Positions 53,255 through 63,733 of a stretch of DNA of 64,000 bases are shown one piece after another. How positions within the stretch are numbered: the stretch's first letter is position 1; each line of letters opens with the position of its first letter. Origin of the DNA: Candidatus Saccharimonadales bacterium (GTDB taxonomy: Bacteria > Patescibacteriota > Saccharimonadia > Saccharimonadales > 2-12-FULL-41-12); NCBI GenBank assembly GCA_041600715.1, contig JBFIJM010000001.1, positions 448,387-512,386 of the forward strand, given 5' to 3'. Both the position numbers and the translations under genes were made by a program. The notes under the pieces were generated by a model that was not told the origin of the DNA, searched no databases, and worked only from the letters and a program-made list of their open reading frames with translations.

Positions 53255-55102
53255 ATGCTTATGATTTGCTGTATACTAATGCCAAGTATGCGTATATCTG
53301 ATAGTCTGGTGGAACAATTACTCCGTGACGCGCAAAAGGTCACTGAGGATCAGTTAGTGAGCCTGCGTGATCAGGAAAAGACAGAAAAAAAGCCGTTACA
53401 AGATCTAGTGGTTCGTAACGGCATTATCAACGAAAAAGATCTCACGAAACTTTATTCTGAAGCTATCGATATCCCCTATATAGAGCTAAACGCTAAGGAA
53501 ATTCCGAGAGAAATATTACGTCTCATCCCTGAAAGAATTGCCCGTCAATATAAAGTTATATTGTTTTCAGTAGAGGACGACGGCTCAAAACTTCTAGCCA
53601 TGGAAGATCCTGACGATATTCAGGCGCTCAACTTCCTACAAAAACAACTAGGAACCGACATTAAGGTACACGTTACAACCAGTAGCAACATATCTTCCGG
53701 TCTCGATCAGTACAGAGGCAGTTCTGCTACCGAGCTTACTAAGGTTCTTGACTCAGAGGTCGACAATGAGGAAGCTGATGACGGTATAAGTGATGAAGAT
53801 ATTGCAGAAGATTCTCCAATCGCACAGACAGTGAATTTAGTGATTGAATACGCCATAAAATCTGGCGCCAGTGATATCCATATAGAGCCACGCGAAGATC
53901 ATGTACTAGTTCGCTACCGTGTGGACGGTATTCTTAAAGAAGCAAACAAACTGCCTAAAAAAGTTCATAACGCCTTAGTAAGTAGAATTAAAATATTAAG
54001 TAACCTAAAGATTGATGAACGTAGAGCTCCGCAAGACGGCAGGTTCAAGATACAAGTTGGTGAGGGTGTGTTCGCACTACGAGTATCTACCCTTCCTATC
54101 AACGAAGGCGAAAAAGTCGTTATGCGTATTCTTAATGAATCAAGTAAGGCAATTACTCTCGAGGAGCTAGGCTATTGGGGACCATCGCTAAACACTATTA
54201 ACCAAGCGATTGTCCAGCCTCACGGGATGATACTAGTGACAGGCCCTACAGGTTCTGGTAAATCAACGAGTTTATTCAGCGTGCTCAGCTCGCTCAATAA
54301 ACCCTCCGTAAATATTTCTACTGTAGAAGATCCGGTCGAGTACCGCATACCAGGTGCTAATCAGACACAAGTAAACCCTAAGGCAGGCATGACGTTTGTC
54401 AATGGCCTCCGTGCATTACTCAGGCAAGATCCTAACATCATCATGGTAGGAGAAATCCGTGACAGCGAGACGTCTGGTTTAGCTGTGCAGGCGGCACTAA
54501 CAGGACATTTAGTCTTTGCCACACTACATACAAATAACGCAGCTACCTGTCTTCCACGATTGCTGGACATGGGCATTGAACCGTTTCTCATCGCTTCTAC
54601 TGTTCGGGCAGTTGTTGGCCAACGATTAGTTAGGCGACTATGTGTTGACTGCCGTGAGTCTTACACGCCAGATGAAGCCGACCTCAAGCGCCTAGATGCC
54701 ATATTCCATGTCAGCGATCTGGCTCACATGAAAGCTATTCACCATCTAGAAGAAGTTGCTCTAAAAGGAGGTATCGGAAAGAGTAATACTAGTAAGATTA
54801 ATAAAGCTGATACCGCTAATCTATCTACCACCGAAACCAAAATTAACTCGCTATGGAAACCAAAGAAAAATGGTTGTGATGCATGTAGTCACACAGGATA
54901 CAAAGGACGCATTGGTATATACGAAGTGCTCGGTAACTCTGAGTCAGTCCAGCACCAAATAGTTGGCAATGCTACAAGTGACGAAATTCAAAAACAAGCA
55001 ATTGATGATGGTATGGTAACTATGCAAATGGACGGATTCATAAAAGCCCTTCGTGGCCAAACTAGCATAGAAGAAATCTTACGCGTGACCTCTGAGGATT
55101 AA
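53255..55102 (+). CDS. pilB: Type IV pilus assembly ATPase PilB/GspE family
   Basis: Walker A GPTGSGKST, Asp box, Walker B IIMVGEIRD, His box, tetracysteine CVDC...CDAC. The true start is probably internal (ATG 53279 or 53288). Confidence 0.9.
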   Translation: MLMICCILMPSMRISDSLVEQLLRDAQKVTEDQLVSLRDQEKTEKKPLQDLVVRNGIINEKDLTKLYSEAIDIPYIELNAKEIPREILRLIPERIARQYKVILFSVEDDGSKLLAMEDPDDIQALNFLQKQLGTDIKVHVTTSSNISSGLDQYRGSSATELTKVLDSEVDNEEADDGISDEDIAEDSPIAQTVNLVIEYAIKSGASDIHIEPREDHVLVRYRVDGILKEANKLPKKVHNALVSRIKILSNLKIDERRAPQDGRFKIQVGEGVFALRVSTLPINEGEKVVMRILNESSKAITLEELGYWGPSLNTINQAIVQPHGMILVTGPTGSGKSTSLFSVLSSLNKPSVNISTVEDPVEYRIPGANQTQVNPKAGMTFVNGLRALLRQDPNIIMVGEIRDSETSGLAVQAALTGHLVFATLHTNNAATCLPRLLDMGIEPFLIASTVRAVVGQRLVRRLCVDCRESYTPDEADLKRLDAIFHVSDLAHMKAIHHLEEVALKGGIGKSNTSKINKADTANLSTTETKINSLWKPKKNGCDACSHTGYKGRIGIYEVLGNSESVQHQIVGNATSDEIQKQAIDDGMVTMQMDGFIKALRGQTSIEEILRVTSED

Positions 55103-55106
55103 AAAC

Positions 55107-56312
55107 ATGGCTCAATTCATATATACAGCATCCAGAAACGGCAAAACAATAAAGGGCACTATAACTGCCAGTACCAAGGAAGTGGCACAAGCTACCCTTG
55201 AGCGACAAGGCATTAGACCAATAGTCCTAAAACAGTCGTCAGCCAAACAAAAGAAGTTACGAGGCAAGGTAAAAGGCAAAGATATAGTCGTATTCACCCG
55301 TCAGTTATCTACTATGATTTCTGCTGGAGTGCCCCTCAACCGATGCTTCGCTACGCTTCAGGAGCAAACCACTAACAAATACTTTAAAGAAGTAATAAGC
55401 ATTATCGCCCATGACATAGAGGGTGGAAGTGCTCTTGCTGACGCACTCGGGAAACACCCTAACGTTTTTAGTGACGTATACGTTAACATGGTTCGAGCCG
55501 GTGAGTCTGGGGGTATTCTAGAAGAAATTCTCAAGCGTATCGCAACTCAGGTAGAAAAAGATGCTTCAATCCGGAAAAAAATAAAGAGTGCGTCTACCTA
55601 TCCGACAGTTGTTTTTGGAATCACTATTTTAGCCTTTTTCGGCATTATGATTGCGGTAATTCCTAGGCTTGGAAAAATAATTAAAGATCTTGGCGGTGAA
55701 GACGCAAGACTCCCTATATATACAGAAGTTATGTTATCCATGAGTGAATTTATGCAAAAAAACGCAATATTTATTGCAGTAGCAACATTCCTTTTTATAT
55801 ATTTGCTCCGAAGATATATAAAAACGCCAAAAGGAAAGTATCAATTCCATGCTTTACTACTGCGCACCCCTATTCTTAAAACAATTATTATAAAAATAGC
55901 CATAGCCAGGTTCTCCAGAACTTTTGCCTCACTAATGTCAGCAGGAGTGAGCGTCCTTGACGCACTAGAAGCAACGGGTGGGGCTATGGGGAATAAAGTT
56001 ATTGAAGAAGAGTTACACATGGCCGCAAAAGAAGTTAAGAACGGCAAGCAGTTGTCCGAGCCCTTATCTAAGAGTAAGTACTTCCCTGCAATTGTTAGTC
56101 AGATGCTCTCCATTGGTGAAGAAACAGGACAAGTAGATACTGTTCTTATTAAAGTAGCTGATTTTTACGAAGAAGAAGTTGATGCCGTAATTGATGGGAT
56201 TAGCTCTTTAATTGAGCCTTTGATGATCGTAGTGTTAGGCGCAATGGTAGGGGTTATCGCTGCTAGTGTTATGGGGCCAATATCATCACTAAGTAAGAAT
56301 GTTGGCAACTAG
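55107..56312 (+). CDS. pilC: Type IV pilus platform protein PilC (GspF family)
   Basis: 401 aa, duplicated T2SSF domain, three TM segments. Follows pilB by 4 nt. Confidence 0.88.
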   Translation: MAQFIYTASRNGKTIKGTITASTKEVAQATLERQGIRPIVLKQSSAKQKKLRGKVKGKDIVVFTRQLSTMISAGVPLNRCFATLQEQTTNKYFKEVISIIAHDIEGGSALADALGKHPNVFSDVYVNMVRAGESGGILEEILKRIATQVEKDASIRKKIKSASTYPTVVFGITILAFFGIMIAVIPRLGKIIKDLGGEDARLPIYTEVMLSMSEFMQKNAIFIAVATFLFIYLLRRYIKTPKGKYQFHALLLRTPILKTIIIKIAIARFSRTFASLMSAGVSVLDALEATGGAMGNKVIEEELHMAAKEVKNGKQLSEPLSKSKYFPAIVSQMLSIGEETGQVDTVLIKVADFYEEEVDAVIDGISSLIEPLMIVVLGAMVGVIAASVMGPISSLSKNVGN

Positions 56313-56439
56313 TCCACAGGTTTAAGCGAACAAAAACTTGATTTGTTAATACTTATGCTTAATAATCATTAACAGATATCCGTCATAGGAATCAGTATTA
56401 CTAAACAATAAAAGTAAAATTCAAGGAGGGTGGGTCCTT

Positions 56440-56865
56440 ATGACTTCACTACAACGTAAAGAAAAAGGTTTCACAATCATCGAACTATTGATTGTGATAG
56501 TCGTAATCGGTATTTTGGCAGCACTTGTCATTACAACATTCACAGGGATACAGCAACGTGCTCGAAACACAGAGCGTGAAACAGACATAAAGGCTCTACA
56601 CAGCCAGCTCGAGGCATACTACGCACAAAATGGAGCATATCCAGCCTTAGCTGACCTCAATACTACGACCCTAAAAGGTCTTGATGCTGGCGCACTAACC
56701 CCTCCAGGGAGTAGCACTACACCAGGTGCAAGCGCAGCTACAATCAATCAGTACCAGTACCTAACAACACCTGGAAGTTGTGACACCGCTGCAAAGACAT
56801 GTACAGCTTACGTACTAAGTGCACAAGGCGAAAATGCAACGTACAGCAAGAATAGCTTAAATTAG
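56440..56865 (+). CDS. Major type IV pilin (prepilin)
   Basis: Class III signal KG/FTIIELLIVIVVIGILAA with Glu5. Strong SD (AAGGAGGGTG). C-terminal Cys pair. Followed by a strong terminator. Confidence 0.88.
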   Translation: MTSLQRKEKGFTIIELLIVIVVIGILAALVITTFTGIQQRARNTERETDIKALHSQLEAYYAQNGAYPALADLNTTTLKGLDAGALTPPGSSTTPGASAATINQYQYLTTPGSCDTAAKTCTAYVLSAQGENATYSKNSLN

Positions 56866-56887
56866 TTTAGTTTTTTAGCAGTACTCT

Positions 56888-56917
56888 AAACCGAGGGTGT
56901 TTATCCCTCGGTTTTTT
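56888..56917 (+). terminator. Strong terminator/attenuator after the major pilin gene
   Basis: AAACCGAGGG-tgtttat-CCCTCGGTTT followed by T-run. TATAAT follows at 56921-56926. Confidence 0.8.
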
Positions 56918-56937
56918 GTTTATAATACAAATTAAGC

Positions 56938-57336
56938 ATGAGTGGTATTTTAAAGACTGAAGATGGTTTAACAATTGTTGAACTAATTGTTGCAATGATT
57001 GTAGGGACAATACTTTTAGGGTCGGTTAATGTGATTTACATGAATCAGGTATACCTATCGCAAAATGCTCGAGATCGATCACAGGCCAACGCTTATGCAG
57101 AAGGAAAAATTGAGTCACTTAGAAGCGCCGGTTATCTTCAGGTCAATAATGGAGTCACTGACATTACCTCAGAATTACCAACCGAACTTAACCCACCCCG
57201 TAATGCTAGCATGACAGTAACTAACCAAAGTAATGGGATGAAGAAAGTAGTAATTGCTATCTCATACAACAGTCAGGGCAAGAACCTACAGGAAACTTAC
57301 ACAACTTATGTCGGAGAACTAGGTGCTGGGCAATAA
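56938..57336 (+). CDS. Minor pilin-like protein (132 aa)
   Basis: Prepilin-like N-terminus DG/LTIVELIVAMIVGTILLG. Confidence 0.7.
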   Translation: MSGILKTEDGLTIVELIVAMIVGTILLGSVNVIYMNQVYLSQNARDRSQANAYAEGKIESLRSAGYLQVNNGVTDITSELPTELNPPRNASMTVTNQSNGMKKVVIAISYNSQGKNLQETYTTYVGELGAGQ

Positions 57337-57991
57337 TCAAAAAGGCTTTACCCTGGTAGAACTACTGATAACAATCAGTTTGTTCGGAATAATTTCTGTT
57401 ACATTCCTTGGGGCTATAACTATATATTTTGCGAATATTACTAGAAACAACGCAAGTATAGATATGACCGTTAACTCTCAGAATCTGCTAAGATCAACAG
57501 TTGATGAGCTTCGCTACAGTGCAGGAGTCCGCCAAACTAACACAATATCTGACCCAAACGGCCCAGGAGGCGGTTGGAATACTAGTAATAGCGCCTTTGT
57601 AATAATCATAGCTAAGCCAGCCGAAGACAGTAGTAGAAACTATATCATCAACCCCTTAACAGGGGTTCCATACATTAATGAGTTAGTTTATTTTAAGCAA
57701 GGCGCTACTCTATATAGAAGAACTCTTGCCAATAGTAGTGCTCCCGATAACTCAAGCCGTACTACCTGCCCCGCTACAAGCGCTTCAGCATCGTGTCCGG
57801 CTGACAGTAAGCTTATAGAATATCTTGATGATATGGTTTTCACGCTTTACGATCAAGATGATGCACCAACTACAAATACAGCTCTGGCGAGATCTGTGAA
57901 AATTGATTTATTTATGAAGCGTGACACTTTCGGTGATCCACTACTTCTCCAGAATAATATTCGTGTCACTTTAAGGAATAACTACCCGTGA
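57323..57991 (+). CDS. Minor pilin-like protein (222 aa)
   Basis: Prepilin N-terminus KG/FTLVELLITISLFG. 14-nt overlap with the upstream gene. Confidence 0.72.
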   Translation: MLGNNQKGFTLVELLITISLFGIISVTFLGAITIYFANITRNNASIDMTVNSQNLLRSTVDELRYSAGVRQTNTISDPNGPGGGWNTSNSAFVIIIAKPAEDSSRNYIINPLTGVPYINELVYFKQGATLYRRTLANSSAPDNSSRTTCPATSASASCPADSKLIEYLDDMVFTLYDQDDAPTTNTALARSVKIDLFMKRDTFGDPLLLQNNIRVTLRNNYP

Positions 57992-59361
57992 ATAATTTGA
58001 AATCGATAAAACTTAATCAAAGAGGTGGAGTTCTTCTCGCCATAGTGATAATGCTACCGTTTTTGATAATGATCGTAGCTTCATACACCGAACTGACGAT
58101 ATCGAGTATTCAGTTGTCCAGAAAAGACCAGTTAAGAACACACGCTCAACTTGCAGCCGATGGGGGTGTAGATAAAGCTGTGTGGCAAATAAACCAAACG
58201 AATACGTGGACAGGTACGGCAGGGCAAATTGAAGTGCAGAATGTCAATAATGTCAGAACGACCTACGATATAACAGTTAATAGCGTAAGTAGCACCCAAA
58301 AAGTCATTACATCGATAGGAAGGTCATACCAAGGAGCGAGCACTAACCCTAGCTCATCGGTTAAAGTTGAAGTAAAATTACGCGCTATCCAAACAGGAGA
58401 TTATAGTGTGGTCACTGGTGTTGGTGGGCTTATAATGCAAAATAGCTCTAAAATCATCAATGGAAGTGTGTATGTAAATGGCACATTATCATTGTCTAAT
58501 TCGGCACAAATTGGCTCTGAGAGTATCGTTCCTGTAAACGTGAAGGTAGCCCACCAGGCATGTCCTAATCCAGCTAATGCGACCTTTCCAAGAGTATGTA
58601 ACTCTGGCGAGAATGGACAGCCTATAAGCATTTCTAACCCTGCGCACATTTACGGTAAAGTAGAAGCTACCAACCAGACTAACGGATCGGGTATGTCGAA
58701 TACCGGTTTAGTACCAGGTAGTTCTGTTCCTCCAGTAGCCCTACCTACATACGACCGAACACCACACAAAAATGCAGTAGCATCGCAAATGTCAGGAAGC
58801 TCCGCAGAGTGCTCATCACAGCCAACCAAAACTTGGCCAGCAAATCTAAAAATAAACGGCGATGTCGATATATCAGGGAACTGCACCATCACACTTGAAG
58901 GTAATGTTTGGATTACAGGTAGCTTAACAATGAGAAATTCGGGCCAGCTTGTTGTTAAAGAGAATCTTGAGACACCACCAGTTGTCATGATTGATGGGCA
59001 GAGCGGAGTACGAATGCGCAATGGTTCTGCAATGAACCCTAACTCAGATGGTAAGGGAATGCGCGTTATTACCTTTGCTAGCACAGCTTCCTGCACTCCA
59101 GAATGTGTAGATGTTACTGGGGTAGACTTAAAAAACAGTCAGTCACTCTTAACTGTAAACATTGACAATGTCTCAAGTGCTCCACGGACCGAATTTTATG
59201 CGAGGTGGTCTAAGTTAAGTGCCGGAAACTCAGGTAGCGTGGGTGCACTCGCAGGCCAAACTGTTGAGCTTAGAAATAGCCTAGCTATCACATTAGGAAC
59301 AAGTATCACCGGTTTTGGGGATCAAATCTGGTTGATTGACAACTACAGAAGAACCTTCTAG
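57988..59361 (+). CDS. PilX-N-like large pilus-associated protein (457 aa)
   Basis: N-terminus QRGGVLLAIVIMLPFLIMIV resembles the PilX N-terminal anchor. Large beta-rich ectodomain. 4-nt overlap upstream. Confidence 0.6.
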   Translation: MNNLKSIKLNQRGGVLLAIVIMLPFLIMIVASYTELTISSIQLSRKDQLRTHAQLAADGGVDKAVWQINQTNTWTGTAGQIEVQNVNNVRTTYDITVNSVSSTQKVITSIGRSYQGASTNPSSSVKVEVKLRAIQTGDYSVVTGVGGLIMQNSSKIINGSVYVNGTLSLSNSAQIGSESIVPVNVKVAHQACPNPANATFPRVCNSGENGQPISISNPAHIYGKVEATNQTNGSGMSNTGLVPGSSVPPVALPTYDRTPHKNAVASQMSGSSAECSSQPTKTWPANLKINGDVDISGNCTITLEGNVWITGSLTMRNSGQLVVKENLETPPVVMIDGQSGVRMRNGSAMNPNSDGKGMRVITFASTASCTPECVDVTGVDLKNSQSLLTVNIDNVSSAPRTEFYARWSKLSAGNSGSVGALAGQTVELRNSLAITLGTSITGFGDQIWLIDNYRRTF

Positions 59362-59427
59362 CAATTTCGCTTATGGTATATACTTGTATCCAGATATCTA
59401 TAGAGTACAAATAGTAAATAGGGTGGC

Positions 59428-60492
59428 ATGAATTCTAAGTTTTTTTATCACGATAAACCAGTTTTTGGTCTTGACATTGGCTTCAGTACCATAAAAGTCA
59501 TGCAAGTTGAGCCTCGTGGCAAAAATTATCATATCGCTGGATACGGAGTTGGTGGCTTCGATAGCTCTGCAATTAAAGATGGAGTGATTGTTGACCACGA
59601 GTCTATTGCAGAAGCGACAAAGCATTTGTTTGACCACAATATAGTGGGAGAAATTAACACAAGACGCGTCGCTCTAGCCATCCCAGCATCGCGTACTTAT
59701 ACAAGAACAATCACCTTGCCAATAGTGGAAGATGAAGAAATCAACGAAGCAGTCCGCATGGAAGCAGAGCAGTACATTCCGATGCCAATCGAAGAACTAT
59801 ATCTTGATTACACGATTATATCCAAGGATAAAGAAGGTATGGAAATCCTCGCCGTCGCTGCCCCTCGTAAAATTGTTGATTCACAAATAGAACTTACCAG
59901 AATTCTCGGGTTAGAGACTGTTGGTGTCGATACAAGTATTCTTGCTGCTACCAGATTGTTCGAACGACAAAATGAACATGAAGATATACCTGCGGTATTG
60001 ATAGATTTTGGCTCTGTTTCAGCCGACATTACTGTCCATGACAAGACTGTCATCGTTACCGGTACAATTCCCCAGGGTGGCGATACATTTACAGAACTTA
60101 TTGCTAAAAAACTGAAAGTTTCCGCCGAGGAAGCTCACGTCATAAAGTCTAAATATGGTATAGGTATAAGTAAGAAGCAAGCCGAAATATTAGAGGTAGT
60201 AGGGCCTCCTATCGAACAGCTCACTAAAGAAATTAGACGCATGATCCGTTATCACGAAGAACGGTCTGGGTCAGAACAAAAGATAGGTCAAATTATCACT
60301 ATGGGTGGCGGAGCAAACATGCCAGGTCTTAGCGAACTTTTAACAGACACTATTCGCTTGCCAGTACGAACCTGTGAGCCATGGCACAACTTAAAGCTAG
60401 GTAATCTTAAGTCCCCTAATTCTTATGAGAGGTCATTGTACGTTACGGTAGCTGGGCTGTCTCTGATAAATTCCAAGGAGTTATTCACATGA
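59428..60492 (+). CDS. pilM: Type IV pilus assembly protein PilM (actin-like ATPase fold)
   Basis: 354 aa. GLDIGFSTIKV phosphate-1 motif, LIDFGSVSADI, GGGANMPGL. Confidence 0.85.
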   Translation: MNSKFFYHDKPVFGLDIGFSTIKVMQVEPRGKNYHIAGYGVGGFDSSAIKDGVIVDHESIAEATKHLFDHNIVGEINTRRVALAIPASRTYTRTITLPIVEDEEINEAVRMEAEQYIPMPIEELYLDYTIISKDKEGMEILAVAAPRKIVDSQIELTRILGLETVGVDTSILAATRLFERQNEHEDIPAVLIDFGSVSADITVHDKTVIVTGTIPQGGDTFTELIAKKLKVSAEEAHVIKSKYGIGISKKQAEILEVVGPPIEQLTKEIRRMIRYHEERSGSEQKIGQIITMGGGANMPGLSELLTDTIRLPVRTCEPWHNLKLGNLKSPNSYERSLYVTVAGLSLINSKELFT

Positions 60493-61100
60493 TAAACCTA
60501 CTCCCCACTCAGGTTAAAGAAGACTTCCAGTATGCGCACCGCAACACCAAACTATCCGGATGGGCTACTGCCCTGTTGGTTGCTTTATTTGGGGCGTTAT
60601 TAATCACTATTGTTGGATTTTTATACCTAGAGAGGTCTATCAGTAACCAACGTCAAGCAGTAGAAGTCGCTAGATCTAACCTCAACGCCAAGGAACTTGT
60701 GGAAACACAAAAGAAAGTAGAAGAAATATCCACCAACACTAAGCTAGCTACTCAAGTACTTTCCAAGGAAGTACTATTCTCTGACCTATTACGGCAACTG
60801 GGCGCAACATTGCCTGCGAATACAGCTTTAACTCAATTAAAGATAGACCAAGTACAGGGAGGTATCACCCTGACTGCTACTGCTTCTGACATCACGTCAG
60901 CTACTCAGATTCAGGTTAACCTTCAAGATCCGACAAATAAAATATTTGAAAAGGCAGACATAGAAAGTATTGATTGCACCGAACCAACGCCAGATCAACT
61001 ATATCCATGCACAGTACAGATACGAGCATTATTCGCAAAAGACAATCCATTCCTTTACATCACGCCGACCCTGCCTATAACACAAGGAGCCACGCCATGA
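60489..61100 (+). CDS. pilN: PilN-like bitopic pilus assembly protein
   Basis: MINLLP start typical of PilN, single TM, 4-nt overlap with pilM. Confidence 0.75.
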   Translation: MINLLPTQVKEDFQYAHRNTKLSGWATALLVALFGALLITIVGFLYLERSISNQRQAVEVARSNLNAKELVETQKKVEEISTNTKLATQVLSKEVLFSDLLRQLGATLPANTALTQLKIDQVQGGITLTATASDITSATQIQVNLQDPTNKIFEKADIESIDCTEPTPDQLYPCTVQIRALFAKDNPFLYITPTLPITQGATP

Positions 61101-61741
61101 CCTCAAAGCGCGTATTTTATATTATGATCGCTTGTATAGCTATACTATCTATCGCGATTGCTAGTTCTGCGTACGGTGGCAGTCAGCTGATAGGCAGTCA
61201 AGGCAGAAAATTATCTAACCTCAAGGCAGAGAGCGCATCTATTGAGACCCAGCAGGCATCATTAGTGCGGGCTAAAAAAGATATTCAGCAGTATGACGAG
61301 CTTAACACCATCACTAAATCTATAGTCCCTCAGGACAAAGACCAGGCTAGAACAGTACGAGAAATTACAAAAATTGCTAACGAAAGTGGTATTGAGTTAA
61401 AGACCATAGCTTTTCAAAATTCCAATCTCGGACAAACACCAACGCCTGCGCCAAAACCAGAAGCAAACTCTGATGACAAAACCAAACAACCAACTTCGCC
61501 TGCAGTGCCAACTATAAGCCAAGTAGTGCCAGTAGAGGGAATCCCTGGGGTATTCAGTTTACCTATAACAATAAGCACCCCTGATGATGCTCCAGTTTCA
61601 TACCAAAACTTCCTGGATTTTCTGCAAAGACTTGAATCCAACCGACGAACTGCTCATGTTGACCAGATTTCTATTACACCGAGTGGTGGGGGTAGGAAAC
61701 TAACATTTACATTAACCTTAAACGCATACGTAAAACCATGA
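61097..61741 (+). CDS. pilO: PilO-like bitopic pilus assembly protein
   Basis: Start trimmed to ATG 61097 (ATGA overlap with the pilN stop). TM plus coiled coil plus C-terminal domain. Confidence 0.6.
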   Translation: MTSKRVFYIMIACIAILSIAIASSAYGGSQLIGSQGRKLSNLKAESASIETQQASLVRAKKDIQQYDELNTITKSIVPQDKDQARTVREITKIANESGIELKTIAFQNSNLGQTPTPAPKPEANSDDKTKQPTSPAVPTISQVVPVEGIPGVFSLPITISTPDDAPVSYQNFLDFLQRLESNRRTAHVDQISITPSGGGRKLTFTLTLNAYVKP

Positions 61742-62052
61742 AAAATATAGAACTTAGTACAGATAATCTAGTAATCTTCGGACGAAGTAGTCTGGTTAAA
61801 ATAAAAAGATTCGCTCCGATTATCACAATTATAGGCATAGTCGCAGTATATGTATTCTTAATCCTGCAAATAAGTAATGCAACCCAGCAAACACCAAGTG
61901 AAGAGTTAACTTCAGCTCAATCAGAGGGTAACATTAAACGGCTTAAGATTGATCAAGAGTCAGTTACGAAGATTCAACAATTAGAGGATCAAAGCGTAGG
62001 AGTGCAGGCGCTATTTAATGAGGCCCGTCAAAACCCGTTCCAGGGTCAGTAA
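61738..62052 (+). CDS. Small bitopic protein ending the pilus operon (104 aa)
   Basis: Single TM IITIIGIVAVYVFLILQI. 4-nt overlap upstream. Confidence 0.55.
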   Translation: MKNIELSTDNLVIFGRSSLVKIKRFAPIITIIGIVAVYVFLILQISNATQQTPSEELTSAQSEGNIKRLKIDQESVTKIQQLEDQSVGVQALFNEARQNPFQGQ

Positions 62053-62054
62053 AT

Positions 62055-62690
62055 CTAGTTACCGTGCTGTTTGATAAACTCAACCCGTGCGTCCTGGATA
62101 GCTTTGGCATATGCGTTAGGATTAGGACAATATATAAAATCATAATTATTCTGCTCGCCGGCCGTCTCTATATGGACTCGACCATAATTAAAGATAGTCT
62201 GGAATACCCCTTTTTGATGCGCGGTAACGTCTTCCACATTACCCATGGATACTTCTGAGACTTTGCGATGAAACAGACCGACCTGAATTATCTGAGTAAC
62301 GTTTTCTGTAGTAATTATTAGCTGGCTGGTCTGATAAATACGAGTAGCTAAGATTATAAAGATGAAACCAAGCATAGCAGTAAAGACCGCAAAAAATCCT
62401 GCAACAGCATTTCCCGAGGCTGTGGAAACGCTCAAAACTTTGAGCAAATCTGGTAAAAATGCAAATATTAGAATGAAGCTCAAGCCTAGTCCAACTAATA
62501 CCTGTAGATAGATAAAAAACAAGCCTATTGGGTGTCTTCGAACGTCTGCTATTCTTACTTCGTCCTGATTAATTTGCTCTACACGACCCGTGGGGTCGAA
62601 TACAGGGGCTCTCTGCTCCTCTGCTTTAGGCATTATTGAGCTTTGTTGTGGCTCATCTTTTTTGACTTGGTTCTGATCGTCCGGTTGCAT
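62055..62690 (-). CDS. Membrane protein with bacterial PH (bPH_2/DUF304-like) domain
   Basis: RRHPIGLFFIYLQ followed by two TM helices and a ~90-aa C-terminal domain, as in YdbT/YdbS-type proteins. Confidence 0.55.
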   Translation of the reverse strand: MQPDDQNQVKKDEPQQSSIMPKAEEQRAPVFDPTGRVEQINQDEVRIADVRRHPIGLFFIYLQVLVGLGLSFILIFAFLPDLLKVLSVSTASGNAVAGFFAVFTAMLGFIFIILATRIYQTSQLIITTENVTQIIQVGLFHRKVSEVSMGNVEDVTAHQKGVFQTIFNYGRVHIETAGEQNNYDFIYCPNPNAYAKAIQDARVEFIKQHGN

Positions 62691-62698
62691 TGCTATGA

Positions 62699-63733
62699 TT
62701 ATACCAGCTTGGTCTGGTCTGTATTAGCTCGAGGTTCTCTACCGAGATGTTTGTAGGCCTTATTGGTTGCTTTACGTCCCCGTGGGGTTCGTTCAAGTAG
62801 ACCAATCTGCATAAGGTAGGGCTCAAAAAAATCTTCTAGTGTAGCTCGTTCATCCCCTGTCAAAGCGGCTAATGTTTCTACACCTACTGGACCACCGTCA
62901 TGATGTTCGATAATAGCTTCAAGAACTCGTCTATCTGCCGGATCAAGGCCTAATTCATCAATTTCTAGTAACTGCATTGCATCGTGAGTAATCTTTGTAT
63001 CTATAATTCCATCACCGTTTACGTCAGCATAGTCGCGCACTCGCTTAAGCAAACGGTTGGCTATTCGTGGTGTCAAACGAGCACGTTTAGCTAGATGCTC
63101 GGCTGCATCTTCACGTACTTCCGTCTCTAATATCTCCGCTGCTCTTCTTATTATTTGGGCAATTTCTTGATCATTATAAAATTCTAATCGATGCTGAATC
63201 CCAAAACGATCTCTCAGCGGAGCGGCTAAGGATCCAGTGCGTGTGGTGGCACCAATAATTGTGAACTTCGGTAAATCTAATCTTAAACTTCTTGCACTAG
63301 GTCCTTTCCCGAGCATAATATCCAGCTTGAAATCCTCCATAGCGCTATAAAGAACTTCTTCTACGCTTCTGTGCAGTCTGTGTATTTCATCGATAAACAA
63401 AATGTCACCATCCTGTAAATTAGTAAGTAGGCTTGCGAGATCTCCAGCGCGCTCTATTGCAGGACCACTCGTTATACGAATATTCGCACCCATCTCATGA
63501 GCGATAACACTCGCCATAGTTGTCTTTCCCAGCCCTGGAGGACCATACAAAAGCACATGATCAATAGGTTCTTTTCTCTTCTTTGAGGCGTCTATTGCCA
63601 ACTTTAATGCTTTTTTGAGTCGTTCTTGGCCTATGTAGCTAGCAAAATCTTTTGGCCTAAGGGTTACTTCAATCAGCTGTTCTGTGTCATCACTGCCCGC
63701 TGGGTCTGGTTGCATTATGCGTTCTACTGCCAC
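62699..63733 (-). CDS. ruvB: Holliday junction branch-migration ATPase RuvB
   Basis: [12 protein letters not shown], Walker [10 protein letters not shown], Walker B FIDEIHR, ATTR sensor. GTG start overlapping the ruvA stop by 1 nt. Confidence 0.96.
   Translation of the reverse strand: MAVERIMQPDPAGSDDTEQLIEVTLRPKDFASYIGQERLKKALKLAIDASKKRKEPIDHVLLYGPPGLGKTTMASVIAHEMGANIRITSGPAIERAGDLASLLTNLQDGDILFIDEIHRLHRSVEEVLYSAMEDFKLDIMLGKGPSARSLRLDLPKFTIIGATTRTGSLAAPLRDRFGIQHRLEFYNDQEIAQIIRRAAEILETEVREDAAEHLAKRARLTPRIANRLLKRVRDYADVNGDGIIDTKITHDAMQLLEIDELGLDPADRRVLEAIIEHHDGGPVGVETLAALTGDERATLEDFFEPYLMQIGLLERTPRGRKATNKAYKHLGREPRANTDQTKLV

Noticed and set aside
60974-61096. N-terminal extension of the pilO-like ORF (track start 60974)
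   Set aside because: It overlaps pilN by 127 nt in another frame. ATG 61097 forms an ATGA coupling with the pilN stop and is followed immediately by the expected TM helix.
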